From an uncultured Pseudomonadales bacterium (lineage in GTDB: Bacteria > Patescibacteriota > Microgenomatia > UBA1400 > UBA1449): a stretch of 64,000 nt of DNA. Position 1 is the first letter of the stretch; every line of letters begins with the position of its first letter. The notes below the pieces were generated by a model. That model ran no database searches, was not told where the DNA came from, and saw nothing but the letters and a program-made list of their open reading frames with translations. The DNA lies in assembly GCA_964386355.1 (NCBI GenBank), contig CAYLQQ010000001.1, forward strand, positions 12,256 to 76,255, given 5' to 3'. Below, piece by piece: positions 19,083-28,353 of the stretch. The position numbers were made by a program, and so were the translations under genes.

Positions 19083-20051
19083 CTAAACAAAGTTTTCTCT
19101 TAAACGGTTATCAAAAATTGGCCGGGAAAACGTGTGATTTGTTGTTCCATATTCTTCTAAAACATATGATGCTGCAGTTGCTCCCATCTGACCCGCCTCT
19201 ATTAGAGTTTTACCATTGAGATATCCACTTAAAAATCCAGCAATATAAGCATCTCCAATTCCTGTGGGATCTTGAATTTGACGCGGCCTGGCTATACCAA
19301 CCACGATTTCTTCTCTTCCTTTTTGATGAATAACTGAGCCTTTTTCACCAACTGTTTTTATGACTATACTACCCCGATCTAATAGCTGTTCTTCAGTCAA
19401 ACCCGCTTTTTCAAGCATTTGGGCAATTTCGTAGTCATTTCCTATGATAATATTTGCACCTGTAATGCCGGCGAGCATATCCTCACGACTAAAATTGGGG
19501 GTTTGTTGAGCCGGAGCAAACAAGTAACGCAATTTAAGATTGTTCGCTTCATGGATAAACTTAACCATGGCCTCTGATGAGGTTGGAGCTAAGACAAGAA
19601 AAGCGTCTTCCGGTGCAACCACAAGTGTATCTAGAGTATTTTCAAGGGAAAGTTCCGTGTCCCGTTTCATAGCTCCCTCATAAAAACCTGAAATTTGACA
19701 ATCATCCTGGTCAGTTATGACAACAAAGCTCGCTGAATAATCATAGGTAATTTTTTGGATAAACTGCGTATTTACATTATTTTTCTCTAAAAAATGTACG
19801 TAATCCGCCCCATCTTTACCGATACTTGCCAAACAGACAACCTTTTCACCCAAGAGCCCAAGGTTATAGCAAATGTTTCCCGCTGTGCCTCCTTGATTTT
19901 TCTCTAAATGATCAATGGTGAACGAGGTTGATATGATATGACTCATACCAGGTTTTATTTGATCAGCAATTGCACCTGGGTAGAGCATGATCTGATCAAA
20001 AGCGAGTGAGCCAGTGACAATAATATGCATATTCCTGTTTATCATCTTCAA
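19083..20051 (-). CDS. PfkB-family carbohydrate/nucleoside kinase (ribokinase/adenosine kinase-like)
   Basis: PfkB signature DPTGIGDAYIAGFL near the C-terminus and a GG dipeptide region near the N-terminus. Substrate not assignable. Confidence 0.7.
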   Translation of the reverse strand: MKMINRNMHIIVTGSLAFDQIMLYPGAIADQIKPGMSHIISTSFTIDHLEKNQGGTAGNICYNLGLLGEKVVCLASIGKDGADYVHFLEKNNVNTQFIQKITYDYSASFVVITDQDDCQISGFYEGAMKRDTELSLENTLDTLVVAPEDAFLVLAPTSSEAMVKFIHEANNLKLRYLFAPAQQTPNFSREDMLAGITGANIIIGNDYEIAQMLEKAGLTEEQLLDRGSIVIKTVGEKGSVIHQKGREEIVVGIARPRQIQDPTGIGDAYIAGFLSGYLNGKTLIEAGQMGATAASYVLEEYGTTNHTFSRPIFDNRLRENFV

Positions 20052-20171
20052 GCGAGTGAAACTCGTAATAGAATTACATTCGCAACAAAGTTAGTTTATA
20101 TATTACCTACGTATTTAAAAAAAACGTTTCGATTTGATTTTTTATCGGGCCTCTAAGACTATTTTAGTAGC

Positions 20172-20477
20172 TTATTGTCCCATTCCTTTTAACAGGCCTG
20201 AAAGTCCCCCGCTCATATCCTGCATTTTCTTCGCTGCCAGTTCTTGTGATTTTTTAAGAGCTTTATTTAAGGCATTCACTACCCGCATATTGGGAGAGCC
20301 ATCAACGATAAGTTCTTCAATCTTCTGATCACCCGTAACAATGACTGTGACCCCGTCTTCGGTAACTTCTGTTTTGATTGCTGCGAGTTGTTTCTGCAAT
20401 GCCATTGCCTGGTCGCGCATTTTTTTAAGCTCACCCATTTGTTTTACTTTGTCAAAAACGGACATGATACTATTCAA
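20172..20477 (-). CDS. ybaB: nucleoid-associated protein YbaB/EbfC
   Basis: About 100 aa with MGELKKMRDQAMALQKQL and a VTVIVTGDQKI core typical of YbaB. It sits in the conserved dnaX-ybaB-recR arrangement. Confidence 0.85.
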   Translation of the reverse strand: MNSIMSVFDKVKQMGELKKMRDQAMALQKQLAAIKTEVTEDGVTVIVTGDQKIEELIVDGSPNMRVVNALNKALKKSQELAAKKMQDMSGGLSGLLKGMGQ

Positions 20478-20532
20478 TAATCAAAGATAAATGTTTTAAA
20501 CATTTGATAATTGATAATTGAAAATTATGAAA

Positions 20533-22134
20533 TTAACTAAAGATTTCTTCTACATTCTTTTCTAGCTCATGGTCTTTGGCTGTGTCAATAATCTGTTTTT
20601 CACTCTTATCTCCAAGTACATATTGTAGCTTGAGTTTAACCCCAAACATATCATAAAAAACAGATTCTACAATCTTTAAATACCTATCTGATTCCAGCTG
20701 TTGCTTATGAAGTCCATAGTACACGGTTATAGTCAAAATGTCACCTTCTAACAGTGATAAAACACTTCCCCGCAACAAACTTTCCAAAGACCTATTTTTA
20801 GGTTTGACCTCCTGCAGGACAGTATCCCATTTTGACTTGATCTGATCTATTGAAATTGTAAGTTTAGGTGAAGTTTCCTTCTTAGGCATTGTGATATCAT
20901 GTGCTTGAGATTCAGCCGATTCAGACATGACGGAGCTAGTTTCTGATATGCTAATTTCTGTAGATTTTTGTTTTTCACTTAGTCCTGAATTTGGAATGTT
21001 AACCTTTTGGTTTTCAGGTTTTTTAATAATTAGATTATCTGAGCCTGGTGTATCTTCTAATTTTTTTGCTGGTTTTGTGTTTTGAACCTTGGATGGTTTT
21101 GAACTGTCTTCTCCTACCCACTTTGCGACCAAGAGCTCCAAAGGCAATGTCTCAATAAGCGTAGTTTTCTGCTCACTGGCTGCTTGCATACATATTGTAA
21201 TCATTTCTATTATATCTGACTGTTCTATAGTTTTATATTTACTCGTTTCTTTTCTCAATTTTCGAAGTAGTTCAGCTTGCAACTGTTCGAGAATATTTCG
21301 GAATATATTTGTAAAGTCTGCACCATTTGTTTCCTGTTTTTTTATCCATTCCAGCGCCTTCACAGCGTCACTTGAAAACAGAAATTCTAAAAATTGTTCC
21401 GTCTGGTCTTGTCCAAAGGTTGCTTCAAACTGTTCCACGGTAATAGTTTTTGACCCAAATGCCAGCTGCTCGAGCAGCTTTACACTGTCTCTAAACCCCC
21501 CGCGGGTTCTTGTAGTAATGTGCTCCAAGACTCCAGCTTCAACGTCAAGTTTTTCGCCTGTAGCTACCCTTGAAAGTGATCGTACTAGCTCTGTTTCACT
21601 AGCACGCTGAAACTGAACATGAAAGGAGCGGGACTGTATCGTCTCGGGGACTTTGTTGGGTTCTGTAGTTGCCAGGATAAAGACTACATGACTGGGTGGT
21701 TCTTCCAATGTTTTTAGAAGAGCATTGAACGCTTCTTTGGTCAGCATGTGTACTTCATCGATAATGTATACCTTTTTTTGCAAGCGCATTGGAGCTAAAG
21801 ATACTGTTTCCCTCAAAGTACGGATATCATCAATACCTCGGTTGCTTGCACCATCTACTTCAATCACGTCAGGACTGCTTCCTTTTGTAATAGAAACGCA
21901 AGCCTCACACGTATTGCATGGTTCTATAGTATCCTTTCGATTTTTCGGTGCAATTTCGCAATTGAGTACTTTTGCAACGATACGTGCTGCAGAGGTTTTA
22001 CCCAATCCCCGAGAACCTGAAAATAAAAATGCGTGTGGAACGGATTTGGCTGAAAGCGCCTCTTTTAGTTGTTTACGCACTTTTTCAAGGTCAAGCTCAT
22101 CAATTGTTTGCGGTCGGTACTTAAGGTAAAAAGT
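20533..22134 (-). CDS. dnaX: DNA polymerase III subunit gamma/tau
   Basis: Walker A GSRGLGKTSAARI, a C4 zinc module (CNTCEACV), and IIDEVHMLT...LKTLEEPP. The likely start is MTFYLKYRPQ at 22134 rather than the track start at 22194. Confidence 0.9.
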   Translation of the reverse strand, partial: TFYLKYRPQTIDELDLEKVRKQLKEALSAKSVPHAFLFSGSRGLGKTSAARIVAKVLNCEIAPKNRKDTIEPCNTCEACVSITKGSSPDVIEVDGASNRGIDDIRTLRETVSLAPMRLQKKVYIIDEVHMLTKEAFNALLKTLEEPPSHVVFILATTEPNKVPETIQSRSFHVQFQRASETELVRSLSRVATGEKLDVEAGVLEHITTRTRGGFRDSVKLLEQLAFGSKTITVEQFEATFGQDQTEQFLEFLFSSDAVKALEWIKKQETNGADFTNIFRNILEQLQAELLRKLRKETSKYKTIEQSDIIEMITICMQAASEQKTTLIETLPLELLVAKWVGEDSSKPSKVQNTKPAKKLEDTPGSDNLIIKKPENQKVNIPNSGLSEKQKSTEISISETSSVMSESAESQAHDITMPKKETSPKLTISIDQIKSKWDTVLQEVKPKNRSLESLLRGSVLSLLEGDILTITVYYGLHKQQLESDRYLKIVESVFYDMFGVKLKLQYVLGDKSEKQIIDTAKDHELEKNVEEIFS

Positions 22135-22280
22135 CATAATTAGTAAATCAAAATTACAAAAATCCAAAGCACAAAACAAGTAGTGATCGATCAAATATCG
22201 TCACTGGCAACTTTATACCAGAAAACTACTACAAAGTCAGTCATGGTTAGATGGTTGAAACTTAAATTAATCAATGCTAA

Positions 22281-22898
22281 TTAAGCTTCGGTTTTGGGTT
22301 CCTGAGGGATTAAGATTGTTCTAGTTCGTTCAGCTTGTTCTTGTGTTATTGATCCCCGTTCTAATAATTGTGCTAAAGTTGCTTCAACTAATTGGGGGGC
22401 TATCCCTTGATGATTTGCTCCTTCGCGAGCAATTGACACAAAACCCATTACTTTTCTTAGATTAGTTAAAACTTGTAATGACACGTCTTGAGGTCCTCCC
22501 TTAAGCTCCACTGGAACTTGTATACGGGTAACGGTTGTTTCAATTAAACCTGCAAGTGCTTCCTGCAATCGTTGCCGTCCCTCGTTTTCAGAACCATAAT
22601 ATTTATCCTGCTTTCCAATTAATGGGGAAAATCCCGCAGAAGAGGGCTCCATTCGCCGCGGCTCAGCTGGAGGCAAGCCATATCTTCGAAAATATTTCTC
22701 TTCCGCGAGCCTGTTTATCTGTTCACCAAATTGTTTACCTACTTGTTCACCTGCTTGTTCAGCCAAATGTTCAAAGTCTAACGGTTTTTGTGATTCTGTT
22801 GGAGACATAACTGCATTTTCTGTATTTTGCTCTGCTCCTTGTCCAGCCCCTTGAGGATTAAATGTTCCTTCTTCTACCATAGAACCTCCTTGATTCAA
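22281..22898 (-). CDS. hypothetical protein
   Basis: 205-aa ORF preceded by a good SD (AAGGAGG 5 nt upstream). No family recognised. Confidence 0.5.
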   Translation of the reverse strand: MNQGGSMVEEGTFNPQGAGQGAEQNTENAVMSPTESQKPLDFEHLAEQAGEQVGKQFGEQINRLAEEKYFRRYGLPPAEPRRMEPSSAGFSPLIGKQDKYYGSENEGRQRLQEALAGLIETTVTRIQVPVELKGGPQDVSLQVLTNLRKVMGFVSIAREGANHQGIAPQLVEATLAQLLERGSITQEQAERTRTILIPQEPKTEA

Positions 22899-22943
22899 TC
22901 ATTTAACTGTTTATAAAACTAATATATCACAGAAAGCAATATC

Positions 22944-22977
22944 TCGCGTTTGAATTTGTATAAACGCGATGTTTTAG
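22944..22977. other. 8-bp stem-loop (TCGCGTTT/AAACGCGA) between ybeY and the downstream gene
   Basis: Perfect inverted repeat with a 10-nt loop. A T-rich tail is present only on the plus strand, while both neighbours are on the minus strand. Confidence 0.35.
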
Positions 22978-23035
22978 ATTGCCACACTTGATACACTACG
23001 TGACCATGTTCTCAATGATAAACAAAAAAAACAGT

Positions 23036-23449
23036 CTACTCATGGTGTATCCCGAGTAAATGCAGCATACCGTGCTCGACAAGTCTATTGATCTCTTCAT
23101 CAGTCGTAATATTGTGCTCGTTAGCTTGTTTCTGAGCTACAGGGTATGAAACCACAATAGATCCTAAACGCAATATACCATCTGGATCAATAAAGTCAGT
23201 ATTTGCATCAGGTTTTGCCCTATTAAATATATAGCTCTCGTGTAAGGGGAAAGAGAGAACATCAGTCGTTCCCTCCTCTTTCATAAACTGTTCATGAAGC
23301 TGAGTCATCTTCCGGTCACCTACAAATGAAAGTTCAACCTCAACCACATCTTCAACTTTAAGGGTAGAAAGTACGTTTTGGACAGTTTCTTTAAGCTGTT
23401 TACGCCGAATGGGATATCGGGAACTGGAAGTAATTATAAGACTAAGCAT
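23036..23449 (-). CDS. ybeY: rRNA maturation endoribonuclease YbeY (short form)
   Basis: DVLSFP motif and the zinc-binding HGMLHLLGIHHE at the C-terminus. The protein ends right after the motif. Confidence 0.8.
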   Translation of the reverse strand: MLSLIITSSSRYPIRRKQLKETVQNVLSTLKVEDVVEVELSFVGDRKMTQLHEQFMKEEGTTDVLSFPLHESYIFNRAKPDANTDFIDPDGILRLGSIVVSYPVAQKQANEHNITTDEEINRLVEHGMLHLLGIHHE

Positions 23450-23611
23450 GATTTATTTTTTATATACAAAGCATAATGTAAGTCAAACTGTAGTCATTTC
23501 AATATTCTATTACTTCTCTTTTATTACGTAGTCTAGTAACTGATTGTGAAGTCTATCAACTTATTTGTCTTAAGTGGATGGCTAGGAAAGACAATTAATA
23601 TAACCATTTCT

Positions 23612-24043
23612 TTATACCTTGCTCCGCACCACTTCACTCACCAACTTCCCCTCCGCTTTTCCCGCTACCATTGCCATTGTTTTCTGCATAATCTGACCGA
23701 AATTAGCTTCATCCCCCAATTCTGCTTTTGCCTGGTCAACCAGTTTTTCAATCTCTTCCCTGGGCATTTGAGCCGGCAGGTATGTATGGATCAAATCCAG
23801 CTCATACTGCTCTTTATCAGCCAAATCCTGGCGGTTACCGCGCTTGTATAGTTCTATCGATTCCTCACGCTTTTTTGCTTCACTACGTAAGATTTTGATT
23901 ACATCATCATCTGAAAGTTCTTTGCGGGTATCAACCTCAACTTGTTTAAGTGAGGCCTCCAGACCACGCAAAGCATCAGCCCGTTTTGTTTCACGAGCTT
24001 TCAACGCTATGAGAAAGTCCTCTCTGATTTGCTTACGTAACAT
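23612..24043 (-). CDS. GatB/YqeY-domain protein
   Basis: 143 aa with the YqeY-like pattern (ALKARE...LRSEAKKR...YLP). Conserved ybeY/yqeY/rpsU neighbourhood. Confidence 0.75.
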   Translation of the reverse strand: MLRKQIREDFLIALKARETKRADALRGLEASLKQVEVDTRKELSDDDVIKILRSEAKKREESIELYKRGNRQDLADKEQYELDLIHTYLPAQMPREEIEKLVDQAKAELGDEANFGQIMQKTMAMVAGKAEGKLVSEVVRSKV

Positions 24044-24106
24044 GTTGTTATGGATAGGGACAGCTGATCCAACTTATCGCCGGATAGATCTTTGCCCTTA
24101 CAGAAT

Positions 24107-24328
24107 TTAATGATGCGCACGTCTGGCTGCCTGTTGGCGGCGTTTTTTGCGCTTACGGATTTCATCCCGTTTTTCCTTCAAAACTAGGGATGGTTTTTTG
24201 TAAAATTCTTTTTCTTTGAGTTTGGTAAGAATATCTTCCTGTTGGACTTTTTTCTTGAATTTCTTGATTATCTGGTCATTTGTATCTTGCGGACCAGCTA
24301 CTACTACTGTAGCCATGCTTGAAAACAC
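24107..24328 (-). CDS. rpsU: 30S ribosomal protein S21
   Basis: 73 aa, basic C-terminus (RKRKKRRQQAARRAHH), and the central EFYKKPS motif typical of bS21. Confidence 0.8.
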   Translation of the reverse strand: MFSSMATVVVAGPQDTNDQIIKKFKKKVQQEDILTKLKEKEFYKKPSLVLKEKRDEIRKRKKRRQQAARRAHH

Positions 24329-24443
24329 CTCCCCTCCAAATTAGAGGTACATATTGTTAATATACCAAAAAGTATTAAACGTCCATTGATTATACTAAAA
24401 AGAGACAGAAGTTTGAAGTATGAATAATGAAGTGACGCAATTA

Positions 24444-25280
24444 TTAGCTTATCAGATTAATAAGTTCTTCAACTTGTAATTTAGAAAATTTTGAATTTGG
24501 ATTTTTATAGCTTCCGTTTAAGAGCATTTTTTTACTCGGGTGCAGATACCAGGTGGCATCAGGATCGGCATGCTTGGCATTTTCACAAACCTGTGTCAGA
24601 TCTACTTCACTATCCGGCCTACCCTTGATACGCACCATTCCCACAGGATCTTTGCGAATAGTGAGCACATAGCCTTGTTTCTGAGCAACAGTCAAAACCT
24701 CATCATTTTTTGTTTCGATAGCAATTCCCCTTCCCCATGGGCTGTCAAACTGTCTGCCTTTCTCTAGTTCTTTTTCGGCATCAATCTTAAGCTTCATACT
24801 GGTATATACGCCGTCTAGGCAAGTAGAACCAAGATCAATCAACCCCTGATCAGTGAGAGTATTGTTTTGCTTAAGTCCATCCAAGATCGCACTCATCATG
24901 AAACTATAGCGGTCAGAGAGAGGCTCTGGCCACTTCACTTCATCAAAGTGGTCATCACCCACAATCACTTCCACCATACGGGCTAGCGCTTCATCCTCAG
25001 AAATATACTCAAACCGTTCCTGTAGGTGTTCTAGTATTAATTTGGCTGCTGATGTTCTGGTCAGGCCTCTATCCGGCTGGTGATGGTCAAATTTACCTAA
25101 TCCGGTATCAACATGAACAATATCCGGATCGCTGTCAACACGCTGATCCTGATATGTCCCACCCGCCGGCACAAAAGCGACACTTGCTTCGCTCCAGTCT
25201 TGGTCAAAACGCCTCAAAAGCCACACGCTTGTGATTGCATCTGGATCGGGGTTGTGGTGGGTTACTATTAGTTTTGACAT
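24444..25280 (-). CDS. DHH-family phosphoesterase (NrnA-like, DHH domain only)
   Basis: HHNPDPDAITS and the DHH motif (GKFDHHQ). No clear DHHA1 GGGH motif. Confidence 0.6.
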   Translation of the reverse strand: MSKLIVTHHNPDPDAITSVWLLRRFDQDWSEASVAFVPAGGTYQDQRVDSDPDIVHVDTGLGKFDHHQPDRGLTRTSAAKLILEHLQERFEYISEDEALARMVEVIVGDDHFDEVKWPEPLSDRYSFMMSAILDGLKQNNTLTDQGLIDLGSTCLDGVYTSMKLKIDAEKELEKGRQFDSPWGRGIAIETKNDEVLTVAQKQGYVLTIRKDPVGMVRIKGRPDSEVDLTQVCENAKHADPDATWYLHPSKKMLLNGSYKNPNSKFSKLQVEELINLIS

Positions 25281-27020
25281 TTATATTTGACCTAACTTCC
25301 CAATTACCTCTTCAATTCCTAATAACTCGCTCTCTTTCTCACTTCTTCTTTTCCACTCCACTTTCTCCCCAGTTCTTGGTGAGACAACCAACCTCACCGG
25401 ACAGCCAATCAGATCCCCGTCAGCAAACTTCTGACCGGCTGTAACATCCGCTCTATCGTCATATAAAACCTCTATTCCACTATCGACAAGTTTTTGGTAG
25501 ATAGCATCGGCTTTCTCAATCAGTCCCCGATCATTATTTGCAATTGCTACCAAGTACACTGTATATGGGGCTACAGCTTCCGGCCATTCAATTCCTTTTT
25601 CATCATGGTGCATTTCAACAATTGTTTGTAAATTGCGTCCGATTCCAATACCATAGCAACCCATGTAGTATGGTTTTTGTGTCCCATCTTTATCTGTAAA
25701 TGTGGCCCCCTCCATCAAATGTGAGTAGTGGTAGCCAAGCTGGAATATGTTCCCAACTTCAATTCCGCGTTTGGCAATCAGCTTCGCACCACTTTCTGCC
25801 ATATAACCTTCTTTTGCCAGTGCAATATCTCCCTCTATCTCATGCTTAAAATCCCTACCGTAATTGACATCAATACTGTCTGTTGTCTCTTCTTTTTGGC
25901 CGCCAATAAAGTTTCTTACCGTATATAATGATGGATCAGCTACATATATTACTTTACATGTCCGGTCCTCAGTTTTGGCGGGACGCGGGGCTATAAACGT
26001 ATGTCCCCAAGCATGTACGTATCCCGGTTTGGTCCCCAATGCTGCTAAATCTTCTTCGGTTGCCGGCTCCAAAGGCACAACTTCATGTAATACATGCTGG
26101 AGTTTAACTGGGTTAACTTCTAAATCCCCTCTGATAGTTGCAACAACTATGTCACCTTGAAAATTACGGTAAACTACATTTTTAAGACAGTACTTTGCTT
26201 CTTTTCCGTAGTGTTTATATACATCCTCCATGGTGTGCACCCATTCAGGCTGGTCGATGATCTGCATCGGCCTCATCTCCTCTTCCAGATTAATATCATC
26301 TAGCTTAAACTTAGCTACTTCCTCATGGGCACAATACGATCCATCTTCAGCCTCTAAGAATTTTGTTTCTCCGTCTTTGTGCTCGACTACAAATTCATGG
26401 CAGTAGTCGCCACCAATATAACCGTTATCCGACTCAACGACTTTGGTTTCATATCCTAGACGTTTAAATATCATTGTGTAGGTGTCCCACATTTTTTTAT
26501 ATTCTTTTTTAAAATCCTCTTCGTCCTTGTCAAAACTGTAGGCGTCTTTCATGACAAATTCCCTTACCCTAAGCAAACCACCTCTGGCTCGCAGTTCATC
26601 CCGGAATTTGGTTGAAAACTGGTAAATATTGAATGGTAAATCCCTATATGAAAGCGGGAACTTGCGCACCACATCCACAAACATCTCCTCTGCCGTTCCT
26701 CCCAAAGCAAACTTAGCCCCCCTTCTATCTTTGACCTGCATCAGCTCGAATCCGGCAGCATTGTTGCGGTTTGTCTCTTCCCACAGCTCCAGCGGATGCA
26801 ACACGGGCGTGATCATCTCCTGTGCTCCGGCCTTGTCCATCTCTTCTTTGATGATAGCCATTATTTTCTGTTGAACACGTATCCCAAGAGGCAGCATGAA
26901 ATATCGTCCGGCTGTTGACTCACGGATAAAGCCACCCTGGACTAAAAGCTTGTGAGAAGGAAGCTTGATATCATTGCTGACGGTTTTAGTTGTTTTGCCG
27001 AATAGTTTTGAGTAACGCAT
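25281..27020 (-). CDS. proS: prolyl-tRNA synthetase
   Basis: Class II aaRS, 579 aa. The N-terminus MRYSKLFGKTTK...SHKLLVQGGFIRE...GRYFMLPLG matches ProRS. Confidence 0.9.
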   Translation of the reverse strand: MRYSKLFGKTTKTVSNDIKLPSHKLLVQGGFIRESTAGRYFMLPLGIRVQQKIMAIIKEEMDKAGAQEMITPVLHPLELWEETNRNNAAGFELMQVKDRRGAKFALGGTAEEMFVDVVRKFPLSYRDLPFNIYQFSTKFRDELRARGGLLRVREFVMKDAYSFDKDEEDFKKEYKKMWDTYTMIFKRLGYETKVVESDNGYIGGDYCHEFVVEHKDGETKFLEAEDGSYCAHEEVAKFKLDDINLEEEMRPMQIIDQPEWVHTMEDVYKHYGKEAKYCLKNVVYRNFQGDIVVATIRGDLEVNPVKLQHVLHEVVPLEPATEEDLAALGTKPGYVHAWGHTFIAPRPAKTEDRTCKVIYVADPSLYTVRNFIGGQKEETTDSIDVNYGRDFKHEIEGDIALAKEGYMAESGAKLIAKRGIEVGNIFQLGYHYSHLMEGATFTDKDGTQKPYYMGCYGIGIGRNLQTIVEMHHDEKGIEWPEAVAPYTVYLVAIANNDRGLIEKADAIYQKLVDSGIEVLYDDRADVTAGQKFADGDLIGCPVRLVVSPRTGEKVEWKRRSEKESELLGIEEVIGKLGQI

Positions 27021-27064
27021 ATTGCTAATTTTATCACAGAAGAATAGGTGAAATTGGAGGTAAT

Positions 27065-27511
27065 TTAGGGTTTACGAACCAGAAGCAAGCGGTGTTTGCC
27101 CTCACCAAAATAGTTTTCTTTCCAGGCCTCGATCTCAAATCCTGATTTTAGATAGCAAATAATGGCACCTGTATTTTGAGGGTGAGTAACCAACCAGAAT
27201 TTCTTATTAGGATGCTCTAAAAAAATATGATCAAGCACCTGCCTGCCATGCCCCTGACCTTGGTATTGTGGTAGAAGAGCCAATGATGTCAATTCGATGG
27301 AATCAATTTTATCTTCTTCAAGGCAATAATAACCAATCAATTCTTGTTCTTCATTATAAATGAGCCAAACGTCACTTTTCCCATAAAATGTGAATAGCTG
27401 GTCCTTTTGTTCTGTATGTATATCAAATGGTCGAGTAAAGGTTTGGGAATCAATATTGAAAATGTCATCCAGACTGTCGTGCAAGTATATTTGCTTAAAT
27501 TTAAGTTGCAT
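27065..27511 (-). CDS. GNAT-family N-acetyltransferase
   Basis: Acetyl-CoA-binding motif LALLPQYQGQGHGRQVL. Confidence 0.7.
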   Translation of the reverse strand: MQLKFKQIYLHDSLDDIFNIDSQTFTRPFDIHTEQKDQLFTFYGKSDVWLIYNEEQELIGYYCLEEDKIDSIELTSLALLPQYQGQGHGRQVLDHIFLEHPNKKFWLVTHPQNTGAIICYLKSGFEIEAWKENYFGEGKHRLLLVRKP

Positions 27512-27865
27512 ACATTTGCTATTTCAAAGCATCTGAGTGAAAATGAGCAAAATTCATCGCCTTTGTTTCTAATAACATTATTTCTAGTTGAGATAATCCC
27601 GGAGCATGCGCTTGTTCGGTAAGCTCTTTTAGTCTAGCCGTGCAAGCATCTCGATATGTTTATACTGCAATAGGATCACCTGTTTGAGCATTAAGCTTTA
27701 ACATTTCCAACGATGGTGGTAAACCAAATTCTGTTAACATATATGGTTAATTTTTAATATCAGTATTTTACCACACAAAGGGTAACTTAATTTTTATTCC
27801 TGCACCCCCACCCCCACTTCTTTTCTCTGGGCTTCCTGCCAGGCGCGTCTGGTTGTCTGAACGTG

Positions 27866-28288
27866 CTACTTGGTGCTTTCCATAAGATAATTAAGGACCC
27901 GTTTCAGTTCAACATCATCACTTTCAAAAACTTCAAAGAACTTACACTCCAGCAAAGCCTGTTCCTGCGCATAGGCATTACTCACAGCTTGCAGATAGGT
28001 AAAGTTCGTGGCTTGAGCTTCTAAGATAAGCCTATGCCGGTACTCCATCGAAAATTTTATTGTCTGAGGATTAAACCGGGTTTGGTTAAACAAAACCTTA
28101 CCGTTATGAATATGGTTTCCCAATAATTTTAAAGCTCTTGCATGATATTTTTCCTCTTCACTTATCTTGAGCCAAAATTCTTTTTTATCAGGGAAGCGGT
28201 CTGCGTAAACTTCGTACAACTTTGATATATACAGTTCATTTTGCATCAGGAGCTGTATCATTTCCTCCTGTTTTGAGTGGTCTGACAT
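27866..28288 (-). CDS. hypothetical protein (possibly ferritin-like helical)
   Basis: 140-aa predicted all-helical ORF with EEKYHARAL. Weak resemblance only. Confidence 0.4.
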   Translation of the reverse strand: MSDHSKQEEMIQLLMQNELYISKLYEVYADRFPDKKEFWLKISEEEKYHARALKLLGNHIHNGKVLFNQTRFNPQTIKFSMEYRHRLILEAQATNFTYLQAVSNAYAQEQALLECKFFEVFESDDVELKRVLNYLMESTK

Positions 28289-28353
28289 ATGTACAGTAAT
28301 TTTTTTACAGTACTACTATACACAAATTGAAATGAAGATTAAGAGAGAGATTT

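Noticed and set aside
21089-22129. Plus-strand ORFs 21089..21610 and 21725..22129 antisense to dnaX
   Set aside because: They are contained within the confidently identified dnaX coding region. They are S/C-rich low-complexity translations characteristic of antisense frames.
23036-23449. YbeY as a C-terminally truncated pseudogene
   Set aside because: The protein stops right after the HGMLHLLGIHHE zinc motif. All three metal ligands and the DVLSFP motif are intact, so it is better explained as a naturally short YbeY.
20533-24328. dnaX-ybaB-recR and ybeY-yqeY-rpsU as noteworthy systems
   Set aside because: These are widely conserved housekeeping gene neighbourhoods and nothing about their sequence here is unusual.
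27790-27870. Possible tRNA ending in ...GGTGCTTTCCA
   Set aside because: No complementary 5' acceptor strand (AAGCACC) within 70-90 nt upstream. No GTTCRANYC T-loop. It cannot be folded into a cloverleaf by eye.
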